In this document: piece after piece, positions 23,169 through 35,389 of the stretch
Layout: each line of letters starts with the position of its first letter
Numbering within the stretch: position 1 is the stretch's first letter
NCBI GenBank assembly: GCA_043228905.1
Contig: JBHGNT010000006.1
Location: forward strand, 3,162,001-3,226,000
Direction: 5' to 3'
Length of the DNA: 64,000 bases
From: Azolla caroliniana
Taxonomy: Eukaryota; Plantae; Polypodiophyta
Program-made: the position numbers and the translations under genes
The notes under the pieces: generated by a model
Databases searched by the model: none
Told to the model about the DNA's origin: nothing
Seen by the model: the letters and a program-made list of their open reading frames with translations, nothing else

Positions 23169-26105
23169 TCACAAAAGTGATATTTGGGCATCTCCATAAA
23201 TCTGAGACATCATCACATAAGCTGCAGAATCTTTCTTGTCAAGATACAGAGCTTGCTCAAATGCACGTCTTCCTAACTGTATATTTCCCCAGCTTCTACA
23301 CATACCCAGTAGTGAATGCCACACAATAGCATTAGCATGAACCTTAATCTCACTTATCATTTTTACTGCTGCCTCTAGCTGTCCCATGTGACCCAGAACA
23401 TTAATCATGCAACTATGATGATCAAGCATTGGAAGGATTCCGTAGTCTTCATTCATGGCTTCAAAATATGATCTACTCTCTGCATATAGGCAATTACGAC
23501 TACAACCACTGAGAATAATAATAAACGTGACATGATCTGGCACTATGCCTTTTCCACAGATTGTAGTATAGACATTAAAGACATTTTCAATCTCTCCACA
23601 CTGTACATATCCTTTCATAATGGAATTCCATGCAATTATATCTTGATACTGAAGCTTATGAAGCAATATATGTGCTACTTGGGTCAAGCCACATTTGACA
23701 TACATATCAATCACACTATTGGCAAGGATAACATCTCTTTCTAGTAAACCTTTTTCCGTGATCTCGGCGTGAAAACTATGGCCCTTCTCTATGGCACCAA
23801 TAATGCCACAAACTTTGAGGATAGAAACATATGTCACAGTATCTGGTGTGAGACCTGCATTTTGCATACATTTAAAACATGCAAGAGCTTCCTTCCTATC
23901 TTCATGTTTGGTACATCCCGCGATTAAAATATTCCAAGAGACTAAATCTTTAGCTGGAAGCTTAGTGAACAATGTCCGTAATTCGGCTAGAGAAGCAAAT
24001 TTGGCATACATGTTGAGTAAGGTGTTACCAACAAAGTTGCATTTCCATAAACCTTTCTTATCTATATCAGCATGTAATTCTACACCCTTCTCTGTGGCAC
24101 TCATGGTCTGACAAATTTTCAAGGCACAGATAATGGTAACAGCATCTGCATAGATACCTTCCATCTGCATCAGCTCAAAAAATGTGAGTGCTTGAATGCC
24201 ATGCCCATTCTCAGCATATCCAGCTATTAAAATCGTCCATACAACATGATCACGAATCGGAAGCTCATCAAATACTTTTTGTGCTTCAATAAGCAAGCCA
24301 CATTTAGTATACATATCTACCAAAGCATTACCAATACCAAGATCTTGGTCGAATAATCCTTTTCTTTCTATTTCAGAGTGTATATGATACCCTTCTTGTA
24401 TGCTTCCGACATCACCACAGACTTTCAGTATGCATGAAAAAGTAAGAGCATCTAAACTAATACCTGTCAGTTGCATGCGTTCAAGGCATTGTAATGATTC
24501 TTCTCCTTGTCCATCCTCAGCATAACCATAGATAAGTGTAGTCCAGGAGACTATATCTGGGACTGGCAGCTCAAAGAAAATTTCCTGTGCTCTAATAACC
24601 CAACCATTTCTAGCATAGATATCTATCAAAGAGTTGCCAATCATCATGTCTTCTTTAAACAAACCCCGTCTTTTTGTCTCTGCATGTATTTCACAACCTG
24701 TCTTTATATCCCCCGTCATGCTGCATGCTTTCAAGATGCAAACATATATAGCATTGTTTGGTATTATACACTGATCTTGCATCTGATAAAAGCACTCCAG
24801 CACTTCCTCATAATACCCATATTTACAGTATCCTGAAATTAAAGCATTCCATGAAACCACATTTCCTACAGGAAGCTTCTTAAATATTTCCTGTGCTTTT
24901 ACTAAGTCAGCCCAATCAAAATACATAGTGATTAGTGTGCTACCGATAAGTATATTACCTTCAAGAAATCCTTTTCTTTCAACCTCAGCATGTATTTCTT
25001 GACCTTTTTGTATGGCGCCTATGCTTCCACAAGCTTTCAAGCTACAAACAAATGTGATTGCGTTCGGAAGGACATCTTGATGCAACATTTCCTCAAAACA
25101 ATTGAGGGCTTCCAAACCTTGGTGATGGTCCACATGCCCTGCTATCAATGCAGTCCAAGCAACAACGTTTTGATTCGGAAGCATGTCCAATGACTGTTTT
25201 GCTTCAATGAACAAACCACATTTTGCATACATATCCACCAAGCTGTTACCAAGAATAAAATGTGTTTCGAGCAATCCTTTTCTCACAATCTCTGTATGCA
25301 TTTCTTGGCCTTTCTCTATTGCCCCTATACTACCACATGCTTTCAAGATGCAAAGCAATGTAACTGCATTTGGATTCACACCCTGAAGCCTCATTTTTCC
25401 ATAAAGCTCAAGTGCTTCTTGAGCATATCCATGTTCGGAATACCCTTCAATTAAAGCAGTCCATGATATGACATCTTGCCATTGAAGCTTGTCAAATACT
25501 AGTTGTGCTACTGAAATCAAACCCATTTTAGCATACATGCTGACCATCGCTCGGCCAATAACCACATCTTCCTCCAAAAGACCTCTTCTTAATATTTCAT
25601 TATGTAAGCTTTTTCCTTCTTCTATAGCTCTTATGTTGCCACAAGCTTTCAAGCTACAAACAAACGTGACTGCATTTGGAGAGACACCGCAATTTTCCAT
25701 TTCTTCAAAATATCCAAGTGCTCTCTCCCCAAATCCATGATTCACATATGCTGCGATGAGTGTATTCCATGTGACAACGTTTCTGAGAGGGAGGCCATGG
25801 AATACTTCTTGTGCTTTACCAAGAAATCCACATTCACCATACATACAAATTAAGCTACTACCGACATAGTAGTCACTTTCAAGAAATCCCATCCTGGCAA
25901 CCTCAGCATGTATATGAGAACCTCCAACAAGGTCTTGAAGCTTTGCACATGCCTTCAACAAAGCAACAAATGTGTAACATGTAAGACCTAGGCAAGGAAG
26001 GCTATGCAAGTAATTATAATAAAGAGCAAGGGCATTGTGTGGCCTCCCAATGGAAACATGGCTTCTCATGTGCCAATTCCATGACCATTCATTCCATGAA
26101 ACCAT
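23169..26105 (-). CDS. PLS-class pentatricopeptide repeat protein, E-type (978 aa), N-terminus possibly eroded
   Basis: P-L-S triplets, then HHSCMINVLGHMG, WHSLLGMC and SAAYVMMSQIYGDAQ. Confidence 0.92.
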   Translation of the reverse strand: MVSWNEWSWNWHMRSHVSIGRPHNALALYYNYLHSLPCLGLTCYTFVALLKACAKLQDLVGGSHIHAEVARMGFLESDYYVGSSLICMYGECGFLGKAQEVFHGLPLRNVVTWNTLIAAYVNHGFGERALGYFEEMENCGVSPNAVTFVCSLKACGNIRAIEEGKSLHNEILRRGLLEEDVVIGRAMVSMYAKMGLISVAQLVFDKLQWQDVISWTALIEGYSEHGYAQEALELYGKMRLQGVNPNAVTLLCILKACGSIGAIEKGQEMHTEIVRKGLLETHFILGNSLVDMYAKCGLFIEAKQSLDMLPNQNVVAWTALIAGHVDHHQGLEALNCFEEMLHQDVLPNAITFVCSLKACGSIGAIQKGQEIHAEVERKGFLEGNILIGSTLITMYFDWADLVKAQEIFKKLPVGNVVSWNALISGYCKYGYYEEVLECFYQMQDQCIIPNNAIYVCILKACSMTGDIKTGCEIHAETKRRGLFKEDMMIGNSLIDIYARNGWVIRAQEIFFELPVPDIVSWTTLIYGYAEDGQGEESLQCLERMQLTGISLDALTFSCILKVCGDVGSIQEGYHIHSEIERKGLFDQDLGIGNALVDMYTKCGLLIEAQKVFDELPIRDHVVWTILIAGYAENGHGIQALTFFELMQMEGIYADAVTIICALKICQTMSATEKGVELHADIDKKGLWKCNFVGNTLLNMYAKFASLAELRTLFTKLPAKDLVSWNILIAGCTKHEDRKEALACFKCMQNAGLTPDTVTYVSILKVCGIIGAIEKGHSFHAEITEKGLLERDVILANSVIDMYVKCGLTQVAHILLHKLQYQDIIAWNSIMKGYVQCGEIENVFNVYTTICGKGIVPDHVTFIIILSGCSRNCLYAESRSYFEAMNEDYGILPMLDHHSCMINVLGHMGQLEAAVKMISEIKVHANAIVWHSLLGMCRSWGNIQLGRRAFEQALYLDKKDSAAYVMMSQIYGDAQISLL

Positions 26106-26237
26106 ACTAAATCTACATCCATACTCATTACATCTCTAAATCTATGAGTTTCTCATGTGCCAATTCCATGACCATTCATTCCATGAAACCATACCAAATC
26201 TACATCCATACTCATTACATCTCTAAATCTATGAGTT
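26063..26237. repeat. 87-bp near-perfect tandem duplication over the PPR3 start codon
   Basis: TCTCATGTGCCAATTCC... starts at 26064 and again at 26151. One mismatch seen. Confidence 0.95.
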
Positions 26238-28176
26238 TTAAAGGACATCACTAAATCCATGAGTTTAAAAGGTTTCTGACTGGGAAACACATACATCTAA
26301 AGGCAATGCCTGTATCTCTGACTTTTTCCATCATCATCATCATCATGACTAGCTCGGTCTCTCTCTATAATTGAATTGATCCATCATAAATATTACGTTG
26401 CCGTGTCCATATGTTTCGGACTACTAATGTGAAAGGCCTTTAAGCAGTTGTGTGAACATCCCCCTTAGCTGAATAGAGGCTGAAAGGCTTCCGACACACA
26501 TTAGTCTGTGTAGAGTGATCATGACGTTCAGACTCTGGCCCTCGGTAGGCTCCTATGTAAACATTAGCCAAGATTGTCGAATCCTTGTGGTAAAGGCCAG
26601 CTACTCCTGGCCTTGGGCTGGGTTGGGAGTTTGTTATTTTCCCTTGTTGTTCAGCATGAATGTGAATGTTGGGATCCTATCACGGCACCTCATCAAGGGG
26701 CATGAATGAAATATAAATGTTACATCATGCTATAATTTCATGATAACAACCTCATGCACTATAACAAAGCTTCAATCTTATGTCGTTTCATTGTTAAAGC
26801 GGGTATTTAATGTTTGCCCTTGTGAATGAATTCAAAACTAAGTGCAACAAGAGACATTCTAAAGTTTTAGTATCATATTGAGTTTGAAAGTATGATGAAC
26901 CATCATTTTTTTGAGATATCATCTTGAATCGATTCTTGCTAATTTCCCCCATTATGATGAGTCATGATAGGATGTTGTATCAAGAAACCAGCCCAAAGTC
27001 CAAGAACTAACATAAGGATAAATAATAATAATCCAGATTTACTGTTAGATAATCATTGTATCAATCTTTGCTTATTTCATCAAACGCTTGATGCTCCTTT
27101 AGGATAGACACACATGTACAAACCAACTTCAAACAAACACTGAAGGTAAATGTTTGATGCATAATTTATAAAGTCTATAAGATTATGAAGTGAAGTCATG
27201 CCTTCACCTCGTTGCATACAAAAAAAAATTCCCAAAGATGTTGGCCCTTGTTCATTCTACAAGTTAATTACAACAAAATCATCTTGTAAATATGGCATGA
27301 ATTAACTTTTAGAAAATACCTACCATGAACACAGCAATGATATCAAAAACAGATATAAAAAACTCAAACTACAAATTTGACTGCCAACTCTTTCTTCATT
27401 TAACATTCAACCTTCAACTAAAAGCCTTCGAAACTTGGGAGTCCTCCCTATTTTTAGAACACAAATATGAAAGAATGACTGCAATTCTATTTCAATTCTT
27501 TTTAGTCATTTTCATCCTCTCTTCTGTTTACAGGGAGTGAAGTTAAGATATAATAAAACAACAGCACAAGTAACAATCTCCAATTAATTCCACTCTTTAT
27601 TAGCTTTTTAACATGCAAAACATGTTGAAATCATGTATTCATATAAAGAATGTAAGTTTGACCATCCATCCAAGTTCACATTCAGTTATCTGAGTAGGAT
27701 TACAACTGGCATGATATGGAAGGGAAATGGACAGAGTATTATTTGAATGGAAAAATCACATTTTTTAACCCTCAACATGTTCAAATCATATTCACAAAAA
27801 AAGCAACAAGCCTATCCTGAATTCAAAAGAGCAGAATGTTTGCAGTTGCAATAACAACGAAAAAGGAAAGACTGATACCCTGCTAGCTACTTTCAACAAT
27901 GTCAAGGACATCAAGGAGAACGAACCAATCCTTTCTTATAAATCTGGCTTTTACATTTTAACATCCTAGAGCTTTTTAGATATTGCTTTCTTCAGGCCAA
28001 TAATTTCAAATGGAGCCTGGATTGTGAAAAGCCATGAAACGGTTTAGATATCTCAAGGAAAACTCTTCATTCACCTTTCAAAATGAAAATAAAATTATGC
28101 TAAAATAAAATCACCTAGATCTCATAGCCTCATAAAATAATCCCTACAATAAAAAAATTGCCCAAACAAAATGTGT

Positions 28177-28390
28177 GCTATAAAATTTTCTTCTTTTACC
28201 AAGCATTGTATTGCTATTAAACTTTCCTCTTCTACCAAGCACACTATTGCTATAAAACTTTCCTCTTTTCACCTAGCATTTGTTTTGCTATTTCTCTTCT
28301 TTCACCTCACCAAAAGAGTATGCCTGCTAAAAAAAATTCCTCTTTCCAAGCTTGTATTGCAATACTCTGCTTTCAACAAGCATTGCTAGA
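28177..28390. repeat. Degenerate 36-bp tandem repeat in the TOC 3' UTR
   Basis: GCTATAAAAyTTTCyTCTTyTACCAAGCA-like units, 3 clear copies plus decayed ones. Confidence 0.7.
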
Positions 28391-28397
28391 AAGAGAA

Positions 28398-31300
28398 TTA
28401 CTGCATACCTTCACCAGAGCTCAAAACCCTTTTCAAGCATGTCCGCAACAAAGGTATCAATGCTATCAAGGCCATTTGTACTTGCTCAGAACTATTGGCT
28501 CGAATAGTTATCTGTCCAGTGCCTCTATTGTTCAAATTACCACGAGCACCCACCAATGTTTGACCTACCTTGAATTGTATTTGCAAGTTTCCACCAACTG
28601 CAACATCACCATGCCAATTCATAAGAGAAAGCCCAAGAGTCGAGAATGTTTGCTCAATGGGGTAATCTTTGGCTCTAACCGAAGCCTCCAGACTACCCCC
28701 ATATGCCACATCTCCACGTCCAGTCATAGCTCCACCATTCAGTACCAGCTTGCATTGCTTTCCGATTGTTAGCTTATCTTCTAACTTCATACCAGCTGAG
28801 ATAGCATCACCCAACATTGTTACCGCAAGACCACATGATGTTCTATTTTTCTTGAAATTATCAAACCTAGTCTCGCTCCGTAAAGTATAACCCAAGTCCT
28901 TACCAATGGTTTGTATATCAACTCCTGCCAAAGTGACCTTACCATTCCCATTCTTAAAAGCTGCATTAGCTTCCATTTGCACAGTACCCTCCTTCTTGTC
29001 TTTAGTAATTTGGCCTGACAGCGAAGCAGGAATCTTCTTAGAAATCACGAAAGTTTTCTCGATATTCAGTCCATCATATCCACTATCATGATCCCAACCA
29101 TGGGTCTCTAATACAGGCCGAACAAGCCATTGATTAGCAGTGTCAAGATAGCGATATCTATAAGCAGGGTTGTCGGAATCAAACGATGGAGGTAATGCCA
29201 TATCAGGCATCGGAACTGCAATTGCACCTGATGTAGTTTCTTCTTCAAGTTCATCCTCCACATAGTCAGATACTTCCTTTGGGAGTGCACTTAGTCTCTT
29301 CTTTAACTCCTTTTTCCTCAACCGTTCTTCTTTCAGCTGTTTCTTCATAAAGAGCTTCTCTCTGTATTCTAGCTCTTCTTGATAGATCTTTCTCTGTTCC
29401 TTATCCAATAGAGCAAGTTCAGCCCTGGTAAGACGTCTGAAAGGCGGCAAGTCATCATAGTCTTCTTCATCATCTGAGTCACTTTCTTCATCTGAATCAG
29501 ATACATCATCGTCCATCTGCTCATCTGGAAGTTTCAGCTGTGCACGAGACTGAAGCAAGGATGAAAGTAAGAAAGGAAGAGGGGGCACCCGTGGCCGGGC
29601 ACCAAATGGCTTAATTGGGCTGTGCTCTTGTAATTTCAAGAGAGAATTAGCTTCAGCTAAGATCTTAGAAGCAAAACAGAGAAGCAAAAGCTGTGGTTTC
29701 CAAACATGACCATTGGGTAATACATATTGTCCAGCTCGGTTTTTCCTGCATGCTGAATGATTCTCTACTAAAGAGACAGGGTTCATAAGACGCATATCAC
29801 CAGCTGCTTGCCGAATAGTTTGCTGAACCACATGAGAACGCTGAGCAACAAACATCTCATAGCTCACAGGAACACCATTAGCACCATCTGGAGGAGCTGA
29901 AGAAGCATGTGTAAGAACTACAATAGCATTAAACCACACAGCTGCACCAAAAGTATCAGTGATAGTCCGAAGCAAAGGGAGATCCCCATAGTCTCTACAT
30001 GGCATGTCTAGTCGATCAAAATAGAGCACCATATCAGGCGGTGACTTTTTGATAAAGCGTTTCACCGATGACATAATCTTCTCGTTATGACGTTGATCAG
30101 CAAATGAGGTTAGGAGGCCAGGTGTATCGATAACCCTTAGTTTTATTCCATGGACAGTACCACTGATCATCTGCACTTTCTTTGTTGCTGGGCTATATGC
30201 ATTAGTAATAGATTTACTTTCATCAAACAAGGAGTTAATAGTAGCACTTTTCCCAACACCACTCTTCCCAAGGACCATTATAGTGCAACCAAACTCTAGA
30301 TCATCCTGCCCTGCTGCTTCTTGTTCTTCAGCTAATGCACTAGCCCTTTCGAAACTAAAAGCTCCTCCTCCTCTACCACTGGTTTGACCTCTACGAAGTT
30401 GCTCAGCCAATCCCAACCTATACAATACCTGAGCAACAACCACATTATTTGCAGATTGTCCAAGCCTATGAGCTAGTCGTAAGAACTTAACACGAATCAT
30501 CTGAAGTTTCTTCTGAGCATCTTCCTGAGCCTCAGAAAGATCTTCGTTTGAGTCTCTAGGTTCATTCTCTGTAGTTGATATAGGCATGGATGATGATCCA
30601 CTGCTACGTTGTTGTAATAGAGATCGAGGAGCGTGATCTAGGGAAGGCATGGAGCGCCCTAGCCCAGCAGGTCGAATAGGGAGAGAAGGTCCTGCACCAC
30701 CCAATGACCGCATATCAGTTGCCCGAGCTTCAGATGAATTAGAACTTACAAATGCATCCAGAAGAGAAGAACTCTCCATGACAAATTCATGTTCATCATC
30801 AACATCATCATCATCATCACCTTCACCTTCACCAACAGCATCATTACCATCATTCTCAACCTCATTGTTGTTAGCATTATAAGCTTCAAAATCTTGCACC
30901 TTTTTACCTTCTCCGGTCTCAATAACATCTTCTTTACCTTCTTTGATGAGATTAGCCTCAATAACCTCTTCTTTACCTTCTTTGCCGGCATCAACCTTGA
31001 TCAAATTTTCTATCTCTATACCATCTTTTACATCTTTCTCTTCCACGTCCACAAAATGAATTTTCACATCTCGAACAGCTTCTGGTTCATTTGAACTCTG
31101 TAACTCCTGCTCAGAGTCACGTACATTTTTTTCATCTAGGATGCCACTCATCTCCAGAGAGTCAGTTTCCTTGTGCTTTAACGCTTCATCTTCTTCCACA
31201 GGGCATGTTGACAATTTTATTTCCAATTCACTATTCTCTGATTGTGCTGAATCCTTCTTATTCTTACTTGTAACTTCTGGAAGCAAATCGTGAAGATCAT

Positions 31301-32327
31301 CCTTTGGTGTGGAATCTGGGTAACCATGAGCGGTATTAAGGTCAATATCATCAGCGGAGTTAACGGTTACAGAGTCTACAAGTTCACTGGTTGATTCCTT
31401 CACATCAAGCAATTGGTCATTAGCGTAAGAAACAGGCTCATGAGAATCAAGATTATTTTCATCAAACGATATAAGAATGCCTCTATTGTCCTGTTCAGAA
31501 TCAATAACCCCCTGATCTTCGCCAGCAACCATGCCTAAGGCCTCAGCTTGTTTTGAATTTAAGGTACTGTTTCCTTCTTCATGAGGTGCCAAGCTTGAGT
31601 CATCTACCTCCTCAGACTCATATTCCGCTCCTCTAACAGGCAAACCTCGTGCGGAATAAGAAAGCGAATCTCCCTCTTCTTCAAAATAATCCAAGTCTGA
31701 GGCTCCCACATTTGCTTCATCTTCAGCATCATCCAAGGCATCAGTATCATCCTCATCTTCAATTGTGGGCTTAGCTACAGGCATAGCTCTGGTATTGATT
31801 ATTGAAGAATCTACAGAAGAGACCATGCCAGCATCCAGTTTATTGAACTTAATGGAATTAGCTTCGGAAAATGGCAGGAACTCTGTGAAGGATCCAACAG
31901 GACTTGCCATATCTGGGGTGGTAACAAGAGCAATACGCTCGAGAGCACTATCATAGCTTTCATTACTGGCCTCTTCATCTTCATTATCACCTTCTTCACC
32001 TTCATCTTCTCCATCCTCTTCTTCTTCTTCTTCTTCTTCTTCATCCTCATCATCAACATCATCTGAAACACGTGCCCGAATAGCTATAAATCCTGAATCC
32101 AGGAGTTTTCCATGGCCGCCCTCTGCGCCAACAGAAACTCCTCGTTCTGCATCTGGAATGCTTCCCGAGGAATTATTAATATTATCCTGAGCTTCGGAAG
32201 CCAAAACATCACCATCTCTTACTGTTCCATCAATCGACGAGATATAACCTCCCAAGGAAACACGGTCAGAGAGAGTATCCGTTTCTCCCTCTTGCGGAAT
32301 AGAACTAATGGAAGGAACTATATCCAT
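28398..32327 (-). CDS. TOC132: Translocase of chloroplast outer membrane, TOC159 family (TOC132/120-like) GTPase receptor, 1309 aa
   Basis: Acidic A domain, G domain (GKSGVGKSATINS, VIDTPG, AAGDMRLMNPVSLVENH) and M domain (PPSFDSDNP, GWDHDSGYDG, NSSEQ). Intronless. Confidence 0.95.
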   Translation of the reverse strand: MDIVPSISSIPQEGETDTLSDRVSLGGYISSIDGTVRDGDVLASEAQDNINNSSGSIPDAERGVSVGAEGGHGKLLDSGFIAIRARVSDDVDDEDEEEEEEEEEDGEDEGEEGDNEDEEASNESYDSALERIALVTTPDMASPVGSFTEFLPFSEANSIKFNKLDAGMVSSVDSSIINTRAMPVAKPTIEDEDDTDALDDAEDEANVGASDLDYFEEEGDSLSYSARGLPVRGAEYESEEVDDSSLAPHEEGNSTLNSKQAEALGMVAGEDQGVIDSEQDNRGILISFDENNLDSHEPVSYANDQLLDVKESTSELVDSVTVNSADDIDLNTAHGYPDSTPKDDLHDLLPEVTSKNKKDSAQSENSELEIKLSTCPVEEDEALKHKETDSLEMSGILDEKNVRDSEQELQSSNEPEAVRDVKIHFVDVEEKDVKDGIEIENLIKVDAGKEGKEEVIEANLIKEGKEDVIETGEGKKVQDFEAYNANNNEVENDGNDAVGEGEGDDDDDVDDEHEFVMESSSLLDAFVSSNSSEARATDMRSLGGAGPSLPIRPAGLGRSMPSLDHAPRSLLQQRSSGSSSMPISTTENEPRDSNEDLSEAQEDAQKKLQMIRVKFLRLAHRLGQSANNVVVAQVLYRLGLAEQLRRGQTSGRGGGAFSFERASALAEEQEAAGQDDLEFGCTIMVLGKSGVGKSATINSLFDESKSITNAYSPATKKVQMISGTVHGIKLRVIDTPGLLTSFADQRHNEKIMSSVKRFIKKSPPDMVLYFDRLDMPCRDYGDLPLLRTITDTFGAAVWFNAIVVLTHASSAPPDGANGVPVSYEMFVAQRSHVVQQTIRQAAGDMRLMNPVSLVENHSACRKNRAGQYVLPNGHVWKPQLLLLCFASKILAEANSLLKLQEHSPIKPFGARPRVPPLPFLLSSLLQSRAQLKLPDEQMDDDVSDSDEESDSDDEEDYDDLPPFRRLTRAELALLDKEQRKIYQEELEYREKLFMKKQLKEERLRKKELKKRLSALPKEVSDYVEDELEEETTSGAIAVPMPDMALPPSFDSDNPAYRYRYLDTANQWLVRPVLETHGWDHDSGYDGLNIEKTFVISKKIPASLSGQITKDKKEGTVQMEANAAFKNGNGKVTLAGVDIQTIGKDLGYTLRSETRFDNFKKNRTSCGLAVTMLGDAISAGMKLEDKLTIGKQCKLVLNGGAMTGRGDVAYGGSLEASVRAKDYPIEQTFSTLGLSLMNWHGDVAVGGNLQIQFKVGQTLVGARGNLNNRGTGQITIRANSSEQVQMALIALIPLLRTCLKRVLSSGEGMQ

Positions 32328-32547
32328 GGCCTTTTCTTTATCTTTTTATTGTTTCTCTTTCAAAAAGCTTCTGGAAACAGTCCTTCAAAAGAAGGAACAG
32401 ATTCAGAGAGGTTTGAAGTCGAGATGGGGGGTGGGACAGGAGAGGGAAAGAGAGAACTCACCAGGTTTTATGCAGGTTAGAAGAAAGCTTGGCGGAGTGG
32501 AGCTATGTCGTTCGTTGCTTCGAGAGGGGATTCGACAGAACCGTAAC

Positions 32548-32662
32548 AAAACCTAAACCCAACCCTAAACCTAAACCCAAGCTTGAACCTAAAGAACTAA
32601 ACCCAAACCCAAGCCCAAACCATTACCATAACCATAACCATAATCCAAACCCTAAACCCAAA
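32548..32662. repeat. Telo-box-like (AAACCy)n low-complexity tract upstream of TOC
   Basis: Degenerate AAACCT/AAACCC/AACCAT hexamers. A (TG)n tract lies at about 32813-32843. Confidence 0.6.
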
Positions 32663-32813
32663 GCATACGCCCAAAGTGCCAAAAAAGCCCGGGTTTGCGA
32701 GACAGGGAGAGGGATGAAAACCTAATTCTTTAGAAGAACGCTGTGCCTCTTCCCATCTCTCTCTCTGTCTCTCTCTTGTCTCTGTGTCTCTGTGTGTCTC
32801 TGTTTCTGAATGA

Positions 32814-32846
<33 letters not shown>

Positions 32847-34599
32847 GTTGGGCCAACAAGATCTTCTTCACAAGAGGCGTGCGTGGGAGACTACATACAT
32901 ACACACCACACCATACACTCAATAATCAATTCTTCCATTTGGATCATCTCTCTCTCTCTATCTCTCTATATATTTATTTATTTAATTTCTACGGCTTTTT
33001 TTTCTCATCCCTAGGATCTGCCACGTGTCTTATCCTTCTCTCGTCTCGTCCGTCTGTCCCGCCCACCCCGCATGTCCCCGGGAAACCATCCTCTCGCATT
33101 CATTCCGCCCTCTCCACCCCCCCTTCTAGCATCCTCGGACCTGGATCCAAGCTCCCTGGAAAAACCACACGATTCCTTCCTTCCTTCCTTCCTTCGTAGG
33201 GTTGGTCCATGTAAGCCGAGAGGCAGCGCGCCACTGCCGTCAACCCTACTCCACCTTTTCGGGAAGCAACTCATTCCTCACAATGACAACTTACGATACC
33301 TCGTACCAAGCTCATTGAATGTCACTCCCATCCTTCATTCTCTCAGGAAGCTGTACTATCAGCGAGGCTCGTCATTTCATAAATACACGTGTTCCCCATT
33401 ACACCAATTTTGCTTTACCAACTTGAATTTTCGAGCACTCTTTCACTCAGGTTGGTGAAATCCGCGTGGAGCAATAACTTGCTCATTGATGAGCCTTTCC
33501 CCATCTGTAAGTAAGTTCCTTATGTGTCTCACTACCCCAAGTTTTACTATAAGTCACTAGTTCCCATATCATCTCCTTGTATTAAGCTTCCAAAGTTTTC
33601 CAAGAATCATCATCCAAAGGTGAACACCTATTACTAGATTATCAATGATCTTAAGTCAACAAAATATTGACCATTTTTACTTTTTTCTATTGTTGAAACC
33701 ATGAAGTTAATGATTCCCTTTGACTCTTACGAATCCTCTTACATATGGCAAGGTGCAAGATATGTGATCAACACAACTCATGATACACACTTTTGTGACA
33801 CACCTTTGCATTCGAATGCATTTTGGCGATCATATATTCCCTCTCAAAATGCATAAAAATTCAACTTTATGAGAACAACTATTGTGAACCATATGACACA
33901 CAAAGTATTGACATATGGCATTGTAATGTCCAACATCTCTCTCTACCATATGCACTCAAGGTTGTTGAATTCCCATTTAGTTGTATTGCTTGCATGTAGG
34001 TAGGCTTGGGTTAAAGATTCTCTTTCAAAAAACTGATTTGTCTAGGTTTTTTTACTACATAGAGAACACATCTCATAATATATTGTAGCTCACACATTCT
34101 CATTCCTCAACATTCATGATATTTAAACCATTGTGTCCAACTTAATGTTCCCATTATTGATCTTCCCTAAAGCATTTGGTACTTCCACTTGCGAAGCATC
34201 GTCACACCATATCTTGTGGTAGAACTAATTCAAATACATATTGCAATATGCAGAGTAAAATACAACCATGGACCCTCGAGACACAATCCCATAGATCTTA
34301 GACACCAATAAACTTTGCTCAGAATCGTAAAAAACATATTGATATTAAATCTAACATGAACCAGTCTAAGTAATTACAAACATAACAACTAATTCATATA
34401 CAATCAAATGCCACACATCAAATGTTAGATACACTTTAACCTTTCCTTTTGGTTAACAACTAAACCAAAAGTAACTTCCCTCCCAAAGCGAAATTTGAGC
34501 TAAAGGCCCACATAACATTATAAAAAGAAAATGGAGTTAGTTCAATTGCATGAACTAACATGAACTAAAGATTCTTATGCTTCAAAATGTCATTCCAAT

Positions 34600-34965
34600 T
34601 GGATCTAATTGTTTACAAAATATAAAAATTGATTTGACCATTAGAGCAAATGAATTAGTGTTTTATATCAAGGAATGTTAGAACAATATCATGTGCGACA
34701 TATTTTATTGTTACCTCAAATATGAAGTCTTGACTCACATATCTTAAAGTTGCTCCTACTTCAAGTTGTAGGTCCTATCAAATCTAATGTTTATGGAACA
34801 TTTAAATTGATTTGATCTTAAGACAATGATTTAGAGTTCTATATCATGGAACGCTAGAACAATCTCACATGTGACATTCTATTGCTATTTCAAATATGAC
34901 AATCAATATATTACATATTTAATTGTTACCTCAAATATGACAATGTCTTGCTTTACATATCTTAT
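34600..34965. repeat. Degenerate ~180-bp tandem duplication
   Basis: ATCTAAT..TTGATTTGA..TATATCA.GGAA..TAGAACAAT..TTGTTACCTCAAATATGA occurs twice. Confidence 0.7.
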
Positions 34966-35389
34966 TGATACATGCCTTGCACAAGCCACTAATTTAAATT
35001 AGACTTTCCTCAGGGAAAACGATTTAGCATTTTATAGCATAACCATTGTGAAAAAAGAACACTTCATCGAAATCTTTTATTTATCAAAATAGCCTCATTG
35101 GGGAAGATGGAGGGTCTCATGGCTCCACAAGGACTATGTTGCTCTCTTACAACGAAACATTTTATTGCCTCAAACCTGCTATCGATCTCTCCTTGTAGCC
35201 AAATCCATAGTAGAAGAGTAGAACATGAATTGTTGTTAATATAATATAATTCTGTCCAAAATGAAAAATTGGAGTATACAAGTTAGAATCTTACTTGTTG
35301 CAATGGTCAGTCTTGACAGAAATAGAATAAATTCATGGAGCATTCAAGTGAAAATCTTACTTGTTGGGTCACTCTTGCCATCCACAAGT

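Noticed and set aside
32548-32662. Interstitial telomere
   Set aside because: Short, degenerate and promoter-proximal; fits telo-box or low-complexity sequence better.
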